Assembly: GCA_016783905.1 (NCBI GenBank)
Contig: JADHVQ010000002.1
Coordinates: 6,599 to 70,598, forward strand
Direction of reading: 5' to 3'
Origin: Bacteroidales bacterium
Lineage (GTDB): Bacteria > Bacteroidota > Bacteroidia > Bacteroidales > FEN-979
Length of the DNA: 64,000 bases
In this document: positions 1-10,200 of the stretch, in pieces
How positions within the stretch are numbered: the first letter of the stretch is position 1
Layout of the letters: each line of letters starts with the position of its first letter
Made by a program: the position numbers and the translations under genes
The notes under the pieces: model-generated
The model's database searches: none
What the model was told of the DNA's origin: nothing
What the model saw: the letters and a program-made list of their open reading frames with translations, nothing else

Positions 1-1415
1 TTATCTCATTTGAACAACGGATCCAGCAGGAGATCGAAGAGAACCCGGCTCTGGATGAATCTGCTGACCAGGATATTGAACTGGATGGCTTTCCGGAGGA
101 GCCAACTCTCGAATCCATCGTCTCCGATGAAGACGAACTGCGTGATGACCTGGAAGAGGGAGCTGAACTGATTAATGAGTTCTCCATCGAAGATTACCTG
201 GATGATGAAGAGATTCCCGGTTACCGGCTTTTCGCTTACTCCGGCAGTCCGGATGAAGAGAAACGAGAACACCCGGTCATCTCCTCTGTCAGCTTCCAGG
301 ATTTCCTGCTGGCACAGCTTGGCCTGAGTAGATTCACCGACAGGGAGTTCATCATGGCCACCACCATCATCGGAAACCTGGACGAAGCAGGATACCTGAG
401 AAGAGAGACCACTGCCCTGATTGACGATCTGGCGTTCAACCAGAATATCCATGCCTCCCCAACAGAGGTTGAGGAGATGGTGAAACTGGTGCAGAGTTTT
501 GACCCGCCGGGTATCGGGGCGAGGGACCTGCGTGAGTGCCTGTTGCTCCAGTTGAACAGGATCCCTGAACGGACGAAAGCAGTGGAACTGGCAACCATGA
601 TCATTCGCGACCACTTCGGTGAATTCAGTAAACGCCGGTTCGATAAATTAATGATCCGCCTGAAAATCACGGAAGAGGAGCTGAAAGAAGCCATTCATGA
701 GATTCAGAAACTAAATCCCAAGCCCGGTGGAAATATCCCGGAAACCACCCGGCTGGAGGAGTACATCATCCCCGATTTCATCATAACGAATGTCGACGGC
801 GAACTGGAGCTCACCCTCAACAGCAGAAATACACCTGAGTTGATCGTCAACCGGCAGTACCAGGAAATGCTCCAGGCATATGTGAGGAAAAGGAACAAGG
901 CCACCAGCGGTGAGAAAGAGGCGATCTCTTTCATCAAACAGAAGCTCGACTCGGCGAGAGGATTCATCGAAGCCATCAAGCAGCGACAGGAGACCCTCTT
1001 AAAAACCATGACCGCCATCATGGAATATCAGCGGGAGTACTTCCTCAGCGGTGACGAGACGAGGCTGCGCCCGATGATCCTGAAAGATATCGCTGAGATG
1101 GTCAGTATGGATATCTCTACCATCTCCCGTGTTGCCAACAGCAAATATGTTCAAACACCCTTTGGGACTTTTCTTTTGAAAACCTTCTTCTCCGAATCCA
1201 TGCAAAATGTGAGGGGAGAAGAGGTCTCCACCCGGGAGATCAAGAAGATCCTCCAGGATATGATCGAAGAGGAAGATAAAAGCATTCCCTTTACCGATGA
1301 TCAGCTGGTTGATGTGCTGAAAGGAAAAGGATATAACATTGCCCGACGAACCATCTCCAAATACCGTAAACAGCTTCATATCCCTTCTGCCAGACTTCGT
1401 GTGGAACTGCAGTAG
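1..1415 (+). CDS. rpoN: RNA polymerase sigma-54 factor RpoN; 5' end lies upstream of the window
   Basis: The frame of ORF 354..1415 stays open back to nt 3 (ISFEQRIQQEIEENPALDES..., acidic linker). C-terminal HTH and RpoN box ARRTISKYRKQLHIP. The ATG at 354 is internal. Confidence 0.9.
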   Translation, partial: ISFEQRIQQEIEENPALDESADQDIELDGFPEEPTLESIVSDEDELRDDLEEGAELINEFSIEDYLDDEEIPGYRLFAYSGSPDEEKREHPVISSVSFQDFLLAQLGLSRFTDREFIMATTIIGNLDEAGYLRRETTALIDDLAFNQNIHASPTEVEEMVKLVQSFDPPGIGARDLRECLLLQLNRIPERTKAVELATMIIRDHFGEFSKRRFDKLMIRLKITEEELKEAIHEIQKLNPKPGGNIPETTRLEEYIIPDFIITNVDGELELTLNSRNTPELIVNRQYQEMLQAYVRKRNKATSGEKEAISFIKQKLDSARGFIEAIKQRQETLLKTMTAIMEYQREYFLSGDETRLRPMILKDIAEMVSMDISTISRVANSKYVQTPFGTFLLKTFFSESMQNVRGEEVSTREIKKILQDMIEEEDKSIPFTDDQLVDVLKGKGYNIARRTISKYRKQLHIPSARLRVELQ

Positions 1416-1432
1416 GGCTAATCCCGACAGGC

Positions 1433-2044
1433 ATGGACGACCGTATTGCACGTATCCTTTCGTTGCTGTTTCATCCGCTGCTAATCCCTACCTATATTCT
1501 TGTGATCCTGTTGGGACTCGACACTACCTTTTCCGTTTTACTCCCTCTGCAGATGAAATTGCTGGTTATAGGAACCATCCTGGTTACCACCTTCATTTTT
1601 CCTCTTTTCATCCTGTTGATCATGTTCCGCTTGAAGATCATCACTTCCATTTATCTCCCGAAGCGAGAAGATCGCATCTTTCCGTTGATCGCCCTGTCGA
1701 TCTTCTATTACCTGACATTCTACCTGATTAAGGATATCTACCTGCCGCGGTATTTTCAACTCTTCATTCTGGGAGCTACCCTGCTCACCATGGTTACCTT
1801 GCTTGTAACCCTTCTTTACCGCATCAGCATGCATATGACGGCCCTGGGAGCTGTCGCCGGTCTGTTCCTTGGCATGGCCATTGCCTCAGGAGGATATGCC
1901 CTGATTCTGCTGATCGGTACCATTGTGATTTCCGGATTGACGGGATCGGCGCGTTTGAAACTGAACGCCCATCAACCGGCGGAGGTTTACTCCGGATGGC
2001 TGATGGGCGCCGTTGTTATGTGTATTACCTCTTTCCTGCTTTAA
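1433..2044 (+). CDS. polytopic membrane protein, tentatively PAP2-like phosphatase family
   Basis: About 6 predicted TM segments. Loose PAP2-like motifs: KREDRIFP, SMH, SARLKLNAHQPAE (R-x5-H-x3-E). Confidence 0.45.
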   Translation: MDDRIARILSLLFHPLLIPTYILVILLGLDTTFSVLLPLQMKLLVIGTILVTTFIFPLFILLIMFRLKIITSIYLPKREDRIFPLIALSIFYYLTFYLIKDIYLPRYFQLFILGATLLTMVTLLVTLLYRISMHMTALGAVAGLFLGMAIASGGYALILLIGTIVISGLTGSARLKLNAHQPAEVYSGWLMGAVVMCITSFLL

Positions 2045-2736
2045 AAAGGCATCAGGAGAATTCCGATGGAAAGCGGATACATCTGTGGTCCGTTGCCTTT
2101 GGTGAAAATTTTCGAAATGGAGTAATAGGCGTTGATATGAAACCACCGGTACCCGATCCGGAAGGTAGGGCCGTAACTGAATTGCTCCAGGTTCTTGACC
2201 TCCCGGTTTTTCATCCGTAGTTTCTCTCCGGTGAGTGTTACGTAATTTTCGCCAACATACTTGGTATGAGCCGGCAGAAGGTACGCCACCTTGAATCCGA
2301 TTCCGATAGCTACCTTGGATTTGGACTTGAACCGGAATTCGACCGGAAGCTCCAGGTAGGGAAGCGTAAGTTTACTGCGCTGGTAATTCACCGCTGCTGT
2401 ATCGCCTATCTTCTCCAGCCAGGTTGAATCGATCGTACTTTTTACCAGGAAGTTGCCATACAGGTTCTGGGCTCTGAATCCAAGGCCAAGGGCAAATCCA
2501 AAGTTGCTTTTCCCAAAGGGGATATTGTACAGGACAAACGTCTGGAATCCCTGGTTGATGGTCCGGGTTTTGATTCCTTTCGGAACATCAAACCAGATAT
2601 CATTGAACAAACCGATGCCAATGGTGATCCGTTTTTTGGCTACTTCATTGACCATCTGGGCTTTTCCATTCGTTGAGCCGAAAAGGATCAGTACCAGCAC
2701 GATCAGGAAAGAGCTAAATAGGTGATTTCGTTTCAT
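2041..2736 (-). CDS. outer-membrane beta-barrel protein (porin-family barrel domain)
   Basis: Signal peptide MKRNHLFSSFLIVLVLILFGSTNGKAQ, alternating beta-strand pattern, aromatic C-terminal residue F. Start moved to ATG 2736 because a -7 box lies inside the longer ORF. Confidence 0.6.
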   Translation of the reverse strand: MKRNHLFSSFLIVLVLILFGSTNGKAQMVNEVAKKRITIGIGLFNDIWFDVPKGIKTRTINQGFQTFVLYNIPFGKSNFGFALGLGFRAQNLYGNFLVKSTIDSTWLEKIGDTAAVNYQRSKLTLPYLELPVEFRFKSKSKVAIGIGFKVAYLLPAHTKYVGENYVTLTGEKLRMKNREVKNLEQFSYGPTFRIGYRWFHINAYYSISKIFTKGNGPQMYPLSIGILLMPF

Positions 2737-2758
2737 GGTTACCTCTTTATCTTTGATA

Positions 2759-2766
2759 CAAATATA
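2759..2766 (-). promoter_or_regulatory. candidate -7 box TATATTTG (TAnnTTTG), 22 nt upstream of ATG 2736
   Basis: Plus strand reads caaatata. Matches the Bacteroidota sigma-A -7 consensus. Confidence 0.4.
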
Positions 2767-2790
2767 CACTTCCCTCTTGATAACGTAAAA

Positions 2791-3699
2791 TTACCGCCAT
2801 AATTTTTCAGGATATTCACCATTTTCAATCAATTGACGAATCCCGGCAACAACTATGTCCCTGTCCTCCTTGTATGTCATGCCAAACCATTGCTCGTTAC
2901 AGGGCAATACACGCACAGTTACTTCTCTTTGTTGGATCAGCTTGTTGACGGCTGTTGGAATATAATACTCCGCTTTAGGGTCATCCCCGTGGGCCTGGAT
3001 GAAAGCTGTAAAACCCTGACGGAGATAGCCGAAAAAAGAGGGTGTAAAACCCCAGAAGTTCATGGATACCACAGCTTGTTCCGGCAATATCACCTCTTTT
3101 CCATGTTCATCCTGAAAGACAATGCCTGCCTGGGTACGCTCGATTCTGGTCCGTTCAACCACCTCCTCCAGAAACGAAGAGGAATCTGCCTGACAAATAC
3201 CCCGGGAAACGAAGCCGTGGTTGGAGAGCGTCTTCCCGATTTCATAAGCCACCATGGAGTAATCGTTTCCCCGGGCCGGTGTCCATCCTTCATAATAGTC
3301 TGCCAGTACCTGATAGGCGCCCCGGCCATAGAAATCATCTGCATTGATCACGGCAAACGGGCCATCAATTTTATCCTCTGCCATCAAAATAGCATGGGCC
3401 GTTCCCCAGGGTTTGGTGCGATCAGCATTGAACGACAGCCCTTCCGGAACCTTCCAGATCTCCTGATTTACGAAATCCATGTCGATATAGGGCTTCAGTT
3501 TATCAATGACCATCTTCCGGAACTCTTTCTCAATACTCTCTTTGATTACAAATATCACCTTGCCAAATCCCGTTCTGACGGCATCATAAATAGAGTAGTC
3601 GATGATCGTCTCCCCGTTGGGTCCAATGGCATCAAGCTGTTTCAGCCCACCATATCGACTGCCAATGCCGGCAGCTAAAATCAACAATACAGGTTTCAT
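2791..3699 (-). CDS. sugar-phosphate nucleotidyltransferase family protein
   Basis: N-terminal MKPVLLILAAGIGSRYGGLKQLD (GxGxR NTP-transferase signature). Length about 300 aa. Confidence 0.7.
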   Translation of the reverse strand: MKPVLLILAAGIGSRYGGLKQLDAIGPNGETIIDYSIYDAVRTGFGKVIFVIKESIEKEFRKMVIDKLKPYIDMDFVNQEIWKVPEGLSFNADRTKPWGTAHAILMAEDKIDGPFAVINADDFYGRGAYQVLADYYEGWTPARGNDYSMVAYEIGKTLSNHGFVSRGICQADSSSFLEEVVERTRIERTQAGIVFQDEHGKEVILPEQAVVSMNFWGFTPSFFGYLRQGFTAFIQAHGDDPKAEYYIPTAVNKLIQQREVTVRVLPCNEQWFGMTYKEDRDIVVAGIRQLIENGEYPEKLWR

Positions 3700-3723
3700 A
3701 TATTCAGTTTCAAGGTTTATTTA

Positions 3724-3771
3724 CTCACCAGCTCACCAGTTCACCAGCTCACCAGTTCACCAGCTCACCAC
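3724..3771. repeat. six tandem copies of the octamer YTCACCAG (16-bp super-period ctcaccagttcaccag)
   Basis: Read directly: ctcaccag ctcaccag ttcaccag ctcaccag ttcaccag ctcaccac. It overlaps the stop codon (3765-3767) of the MFS gene and lies 25-70 nt upstream of start codon 3699. Confidence 0.9.
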
Positions 3772-5084
3772 CTCCTCATCTTGTGTCCCCACAAAGCATA
3801 ATATATAATGAACATGTAGCAGGGTACCGCCAGCCAGTAAGCCTGTTGTGAACTCCAGACATCGGACAGATAACCCCAGATCAGCGGCAGGATTGCTCCT
3901 CCGGCAATCCCCATAATGAGCAGCGCCGATCCTGTTTTGATAAACCGGCCCAGGTCGTGAATAGCCAGGGGCCATACCGCCGGCCATACCAGGGCATTGG
4001 CCAGTCCAAGGAAAGCAATAAACAAAACGGTATATGGCAGAACCAGCTCCACGCTCCGAAAGGTCATCATATCGAAAAACCGAAATGAAATGGCTGATCC
4101 GGCAGGTACGACAATAGCCAGGATGGTGAACAGGATACCCAGGATCCCACTCCAGGCAAGAGCGCTTTTTTGTGAGAGGATTTTCGGGATGGTGATAATG
4201 CCCAGGACGTACCCCAGAACCATGGCGATCAGCACCAGCGAGGTGTAATATTTTGCCGACCCGAGCGGCACTCCAATGGAGTGTCCGTAACGGATGATCG
4301 TATCTCCGGCAATCACCTCTACACCCACGTAGAAGAAAAGCGTCAGTACCCCTAAAACCAGGTGTGGAAACTGCAGGATAGAGGTTCTGGAAGCGGCATA
4401 GTTTGAATCGGTATCCGGATCCTGTTCAAGTTCAACTTCAGGAAGGGGTGCAACCCTGATGATGAGTCCCAGCAGAAACAATACTCCGGTCATCACCAGG
4501 TAGGGCCCAATCACCCGGCGGGCTAATCCATCCAGTGCCAGGTTCCGGGTTTCATCATCCATGGTTCCCAGGCTGAGAAGAAATGCATCCCCGTCATGCA
4601 AAATAAAATAAGCAAGTACCAGTGGAGCAATTGCACCGGCCACTTTGTTGCAGATTCCCATGATGCTGATCCTTCGGGCGGCACTCTCCCTTGGCCCAAT
4701 GATGGTGATGTAGGGATTGGAGGCCGTTTGCAATATCGCCAGTCCAGTCCCCAACACGAATAAACCCAGCAGAAAAACCGAATAGGTGCGGATCAGAGCT
4801 GCGGGAATGAAGATCAGGGTTCCCAGCGCCATCACCCATAAACCGACCATCATGCCATTCTTGAAACCGGTCTTTTTCAGGATCCATGCCGAGGGCAAAG
4901 CCATCACGGTATAAGAAATGTAGAAGGCGAATGCTACAAAGAGAGCCTGAAAATCCGATAGCTCACAGGAAATTTTCAGGTAGGGAATCAGGATGCCATT
5001 TAACCAGGTAACAAATCCGAAGATGAAAAAGAAAATCCCGATGATGGTGATCGACAGAATGTAGTTCCTGGAACTGGTTGTCAT
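3765..5084 (-). CDS. MFS sugar:H+ symporter, FucP/GluP (glucose/galactose-fucose) family
   Basis: MTTSSRNYILSITIIGIFFFIFGFVTWLNGILIPYLK... is a typical N-terminus of this family. 12 TM pattern. Start set at ATG 5084. Confidence 0.8.
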   Translation of the reverse strand: MTTSSRNYILSITIIGIFFFIFGFVTWLNGILIPYLKISCELSDFQALFVAFAFYISYTVMALPSAWILKKTGFKNGMMVGLWVMALGTLIFIPAALIRTYSVFLLGLFVLGTGLAILQTASNPYITIIGPRESAARRISIMGICNKVAGAIAPLVLAYFILHDGDAFLLSLGTMDDETRNLALDGLARRVIGPYLVMTGVLFLLGLIIRVAPLPEVELEQDPDTDSNYAASRTSILQFPHLVLGVLTLFFYVGVEVIAGDTIIRYGHSIGVPLGSAKYYTSLVLIAMVLGYVLGIITIPKILSQKSALAWSGILGILFTILAIVVPAGSAISFRFFDMMTFRSVELVLPYTVLFIAFLGLANALVWPAVWPLAIHDLGRFIKTGSALLIMGIAGGAILPLIWGYLSDVWSSQQAYWLAVPCYMFIIYYALWGHKMRRW

Positions 5085-5120
5085 GATGTGCCCGTTTTTC
5101 CTGAATCCGGAATGAAGGCA

Positions 5121-5128
5121 CAAAAATA
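5121..5128 (-). promoter_or_regulatory. candidate -7 box TATTTTTG, 36 nt upstream of ATG 5084
   Basis: Plus strand reads caaaaata. Confidence 0.35.
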
Positions 5129-5176
5129 ACGGATTTTCATTTTGTTAACATTTCTTTTAATTTTGAATTTTCATTG

Positions 5177-5184
5177 TACCTTTG
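5177..5184 (+). promoter_or_regulatory. candidate -7 box TACCTTTG, 47 nt upstream of ATG 5232
   Basis: Exact TAnnTTTG match in the divergent intergenic region. Confidence 0.35.
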
Positions 5185-5231
5185 ACCAAAAGGGCTGAAC
5201 TGTTACATTAAAATCTGGAGCGACCATCATT

Positions 5232-7262
5232 ATGGAAGACGCGCATGAGAAATTTAACGTTTTAATTGTCGATGACCGGAAAGAGAATCTGATTACCCTG
5301 AAATCTATCATTGAAAACCCGGAACTCAATATCATCCAGGCTTTATCGGGGAATGAAGCGCTGAGTGCAATGCTCGAACACACTATCTCACTGGTGCTGA
5401 TGGATGTTCAGATGCCCGGCATGGATGGCTTTGAGACCGCCGAACTGATGCGTGGCAGTGAACGGACCAGGACCATTCCGATCATTTTCATCACAGCCAC
5501 ATTCAGCCAGCCAAAACAGATCTTCCGCGGTTACGAATCCGGTGCGGTTGATTACCTATACAAGCCTCTTGACAGAAAAATTTTGCAGAATAAGATCCGG
5601 GCTTACATTGATTTCTTTCAACAAAAACACGAACTTGAGATAACCACAAAGAAGCTCCAGAAAACCCTGAAAGAGGTCGACCATGCCAAGCGGGTTGCCG
5701 AGGAAGCCAATATCGCCAAAAGCTCCTTCCTGGCCAGCATGAGTCACGAGATCCGCACTCCCCTTAATGGGATCATTGGTATGACCGATCTGATCCTGAT
5801 GGACTCAGAGCTGCCCGAGCACTACTATGAACACCTGATGGACATCAAACAGAGCAGCGAATCGTTGCTGGAGATCATCAATGAGATCCTGGATGTTTCC
5901 AAAATTGAAGCCGACAAGCTGGAACTTGAGCACATCGACTTCAGCCTGAGGGAGGTGCTCGGAAAAGTGGTCCGTTTGCTTTCGGTTAAAACCTTCCAGA
6001 AAGGGTTGGAATTCCTCTGCCACTGCCCCCCTGATATGGTCGACAACCTGGTTGGCGATCCCACCCGCCTCCGCCAGATCCTGATCAACCTGCTTGGGAA
6101 TGCCGTTAAATTTACAGAGACCGGCCGGATCATTATCTCCGTGAAGTTATTGGAGAAGAGTGATAAGGTGGCACGGATTGAATTCTCGGTCTGTGATACC
6201 GGAATGGGTATCGCAGCAGATAAGCTGCCAAAACTTTTTGACTCCTTCAGTCAGGCTGAAAAATCCACCACCCGAACCCATGGGGGAACCGGTCTGGGTC
6301 TCTCAATCTCCAAGAAAATAGTAGAGATGATGGGGGGAACCATTCATGCTGAAAGCACTCCCGGAGAGGGCAGTTGCTTCACATTTACACTCCCTGTTGA
6401 ACTGGGGAAAGGAGAGGAGGATGCATTCAAGCTTTGCCTTCCTGAATCAATTAAGGATCTCCATGTCCTGCTTATCGACATGCAAACTGAACACAACAAG
6501 GAGATGGAGAGTTACTTCAGATACTGCGATATTCCTGTTTCGATTGTCACCTCTGCGGAAGATGCTCTCAGACTCGCCGCCAAACCCGAGGCAAAAAAAT
6601 TCTCCCTCATCCTGATTGATCATCTTCTTCAGTACCATGATGGCAAACAGCTCTCTACCCTGCTGAAAGAGAAACTTCCTGCCGGCACCAATCCTTCGTT
6701 CATCATGCTTACCGATGATAAATCTATCCACTCTACCAAGCGGATCAAAGAAACCGGCATCGATTATATCCTCTTCAAACCGGTCATGCAGAAAGAGCTT
6801 CAGTGGATGCTTCAGCGGATATTTCTGAAGGAGCTGGAGCTGCCGGAAAAGGTTTCCAACATCCGGTCTGCTCATCTCGACAACGCCTTCCTGGATTTGA
6901 CTATCCTTCTTGCCGAAGACAACGTAATCAATCAGAAGATCATGGTACAGCTGCTCTCAAAAAGGGGCATCAAAGTGATCACTGCCAGCAATGGAATTGA
7001 GGCGGTAGAGCGTGCCAGCGAAAGGAAATACGACCTGGTGTTCATGGATGTTCAGATGCCGGAACAGGATGGCTTTGAAGCTACCCGGCGGATTCGTAAT
7101 AACAAAAAAGGCCCTAACGCAAATACTCCCATCATTGCACTGACCGCCAATGCCATGAAGGGGGACCGCGAGATGTGCATCGAGGCCGGCATGAATGAGT
7201 ACCTCTCGAAACCATTGAATCCGGAAGAGGTATTCCACACGATCGAACAATATTGTCACTAA
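5232..7262 (+). CDS. soluble hybrid histidine kinase/response regulator (REC-HisKA-HATPase-degenerate REC-REC)
   Basis: N-terminal REC ([13 protein letters not shown]), H-box [14 protein letters not shown]-boxes [11 protein letters not shown], middle receiver-like block lacking the MPxxDG motif, C-terminal REC ([13 protein letters not shown]). No TM segment. Confidence 0.85.
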   Translation: MEDAHEKFNVLIVDDRKENLITLKSIIENPELNIIQALSGNEALSAMLEHTISLVLMDVQMPGMDGFETAELMRGSERTRTIPIIFITATFSQPKQIFRGYESGAVDYLYKPLDRKILQNKIRAYIDFFQQKHELEITTKKLQKTLKEVDHAKRVAEEANIAKSSFLASMSHEIRTPLNGIIGMTDLILMDSELPEHYYEHLMDIKQSSESLLEIINEILDVSKIEADKLELEHIDFSLREVLGKVVRLLSVKTFQKGLEFLCHCPPDMVDNLVGDPTRLRQILINLLGNAVKFTETGRIIISVKLLEKSDKVARIEFSVCDTGMGIAADKLPKLFDSFSQAEKSTTRTHGGTGLGLSISKKIVEMMGGTIHAESTPGEGSCFTFTLPVELGKGEEDAFKLCLPESIKDLHVLLIDMQTEHNKEMESYFRYCDIPVSIVTSAEDALRLAAKPEAKKFSLILIDHLLQYHDGKQLSTLLKEKLPAGTNPSFIMLTDDKSIHSTKRIKETGIDYILFKPVMQKELQWMLQRIFLKELELPEKVSNIRSAHLDNAFLDLTILLAEDNVINQKIMVQLLSKRGIKVITASNGIEAVERASERKYDLVFMDVQMPEQDGFEATRRIRNNKKGPNANTPIIALTANAMKGDREMCIEAGMNEYLSKPLNPEEVFHTIEQYCH

Positions 7263-7288
7263 GCTATAAGCGATAACAACTGCTCACT

Positions 7289-10200
7289 ATGTGGAATAAA
7301 ATCAAGCAAAAAATTCACGAATACTTCCCCGACTTTCATTGGAAAACCCTGAAAAATCTTGGGATCGGAAAAACCATGCTGCTATGGTTTCTGGCTATTT
7401 CCCTGATCCCGCTTGCATCACTTAGTTTCATCAATTACCTCTACTATTACCAGGGACTGAACATCCTGACCAAGAAGTCTCTCTTTACTACCTCCCAACT
7501 CCGGCTAAATGATCTGAATAATTATTTTCAGCAAGCCGATAACTACCTCAACTTCCTTGCGGAAGATCCGGAACATATGGAGCTCTTTACCAGAATCGAT
7601 CATGAGATGAAGGCTTCGGGAATGTCTCCCTCCGATTTCGTATCTACCGCACAATACAAAACTGTTGCCCGGCAGTTGAAATATAGCTTTGAAAAAACCT
7701 GGGAACTGGAAGGACTCTACAACATATTGATGATTGACACCGACGGTACGATTGTCTTCAGTATGAAAGAGCAGGAAATTGCAGGGCAAAACCTCAATCA
7801 GGCTACCCTGGCAAACACTTTGGTTAGCAGCACATTTAAAAAAATTCTCAAGAGTGGTTCTACCCTCTTTGCCGACCTGGAATATTTTCCCCCGTCAAAT
7901 ACGATCATCACCGGATTCCTTGGGCTCCCCATCTTTGATCAACAGGGTCGTAAGATGGGGGTATTGGGCATCCAGATCACCACCGAGCAGATCGACAGGA
8001 TCATCCAGTATAGTGTTGGATTCGGAAGTACGGCAAAGATTTACCTGATCGGCCTGGATCTCAACCTGCGATCTGTGAGTGAATACAGGAATAGTGAAGA
8101 GCTGCTGCAACAAACAGAAGATAACTCCAAGACACGGATCTGGCAGGCGTCCAAGATCAATACTTCCACCTCCACTCCGGATGGCAATCCCGTTCTTGAA
8201 GAGGTCACCTATTACAAAAATTCTGATGATGTGGATGTGATGGGTTTGTTCCGTGAGATTGACTACCTGGAGAAACTGGGGACTTACTGGGCGTTGGTGG
8301 AAGAGATCGGCACGTTTGAGGCCCATGTGGTGGGTCGGGCGCTCTCCACCTTTGCCAAGATCTCCCTGGTTGTAACAACCCTCTTTGTATTCATCATCTC
8401 CCTTTTTGTTACCCGACGCTTTGTCACCCCGATAAAGAGCATCTCCGCCTGGGCCAAACAGGTGGCAGAGGGTGAGCTTGTAAGCAAAGATATCAGAGTA
8501 TCGGAGGATGAAGTCGGAGAGATGAAACACACCTTTAACCGACTTGTTTCATCCCTGCAGCAATACGCCGATGTTAGTCAGTCCATTGCCCTGGGAGATT
8601 ATACTAAAAAGATTCCTATCCGCAGCCAGCAGGATACCCTCGGTAAATCCATGAATGAGATGGTAGAGAGTTTCAAAGGAGTGGTGAAACAAGCCAAGGC
8701 AATTGCCAGTGGGGATTACTCTACCAACGTTATTCCACGAAGTGACCAGGATACCCTGGGGATCTCCCTGTTCAACATGACCAAAAAGCTTCGGGAAGCT
8801 TCCCGTGAGATCAAAAACCAGGACTGGCTTAAGACCGGTTTGAACGAACTGAGCCTGAAGAGCAGCGGCGAGCAGAGTATCAAAGATCTCTCTAATGGAG
8901 TGCTGACCTTCCTGGCACATTACCTCGATTCTCACGTGGGACTGTTATTTGTTACCGGAGATCAAAACCACCTTAACCTCACTGCCACGTTTGCCTGTGA
9001 CCCGGAGATCAAGACTTTCGAATTTGGAAACGGCGTGGTAGGACAGGTTGCCAAAGAGAAGAAATCACTGATCTTCAGTACAGCTTCGGAAGAGCTGCCA
9101 TCGGTCAATATCGGGCCATCTACCGAGAAACCTGATCATTTCATCATTTCCCCCATTTTATTTGAGGGCCAGGTGTTGGGAGCAATCCAGTTGGGTTCTT
9201 TCTACCCGTTCGATGAGATGAAGCTGCAGTTTCTGGAGATGTCGCTGGAAACCATCGCCCTGGCCATCCATACCGCCCGGTCACGTGAACGGGTGGAACA
9301 ACTGTTGCTGAAAACTCAGGAACAGGCCAATGAACTGGCCGAACAGAAAGAGGAGTTGCGCCAGATCAATGAGGAGCTGGAAGAGCAAACCAAAGCACTT
9401 CGCCAGTCAGAGGAGAACCTGCAACACCAGCAGGAGGAGCTACGGGTCATTAACGAAGAGCTGGAAGAGCGAACCAAAGTCCTGGAACTGCAACGGGATG
9501 ACATCCGGAAAAAGAACGAGGCACTACAGCACGCTCAGATCGAGATCAGGCAAAAAGCTGAAGCCCTTGAGGTCGCCAGCAGATACAAGTCGGAATTTCT
9601 TGCCAACATGTCGCATGAGCTGCGTACTCCGCTCAATAGCATTCTGGCACTCTCTGAATTGCTCGCTTCCAATAAATACAAAGGGATGACAAAAGATGAG
9701 ATCGAGTTTGCCAACGTGATCAACTCATCGGGGAAAGACCTGCTCGAACTGATCAACGATATTCTTGACCTCTCCAAAGTGGAAGCCGGAAAACTGGAAC
9801 TTGATATCGAAGACCTTTACCTGGAAGACCTGGAAGATTATGTGAAGAAAACCTTCTCACCATTGACAAATAAAAAAAGGATCTCCCTGGAAACCAAAAT
9901 CGAGAAAGGTATACCCGCATTCATAGAGACCGATCCTCAGCGTGCATTGCAGATCATCAAGAACCTGCTTTCCAACGCGATCAAATTTACCGATAAAGGA
10001 AGCGTCACTTTTAGCATTCATCGGCCTGACAAAGACGTGAGCTTTTCCAATCCCAGGCTCACGTTGAAAAATTGCCTCGCTTTTGATGTCATCGATACCG
10101 GCGTCGGCATCTCTGCAGATAAAGTCAATGTGATCTTTGAAGCCTTTCAACAGGCCGATGGAACGGTGAGCCGCAAGTTTGGCGGGACCGGACTGGGTCT

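Noticed and set aside
2833-3678. A 281-aa ORF on the plus strand, antisense to the nucleotidyltransferase gene.
   Set aside because: It lies entirely within, and antisense to, a gene with clear family motifs. Its own translation is low-complexity with no recognisable motif. This is a typical shadow ORF.
3724-3771. I considered whether the octamer array, the YG hexamer array (39078-39179) or the 9-mer array (52304-52365) could be CRISPR-like.
   Set aside because: The repeats are 6-9 bp and directly abutting, with no spacers, and no cas genes are present. They are not CRISPR arrays.
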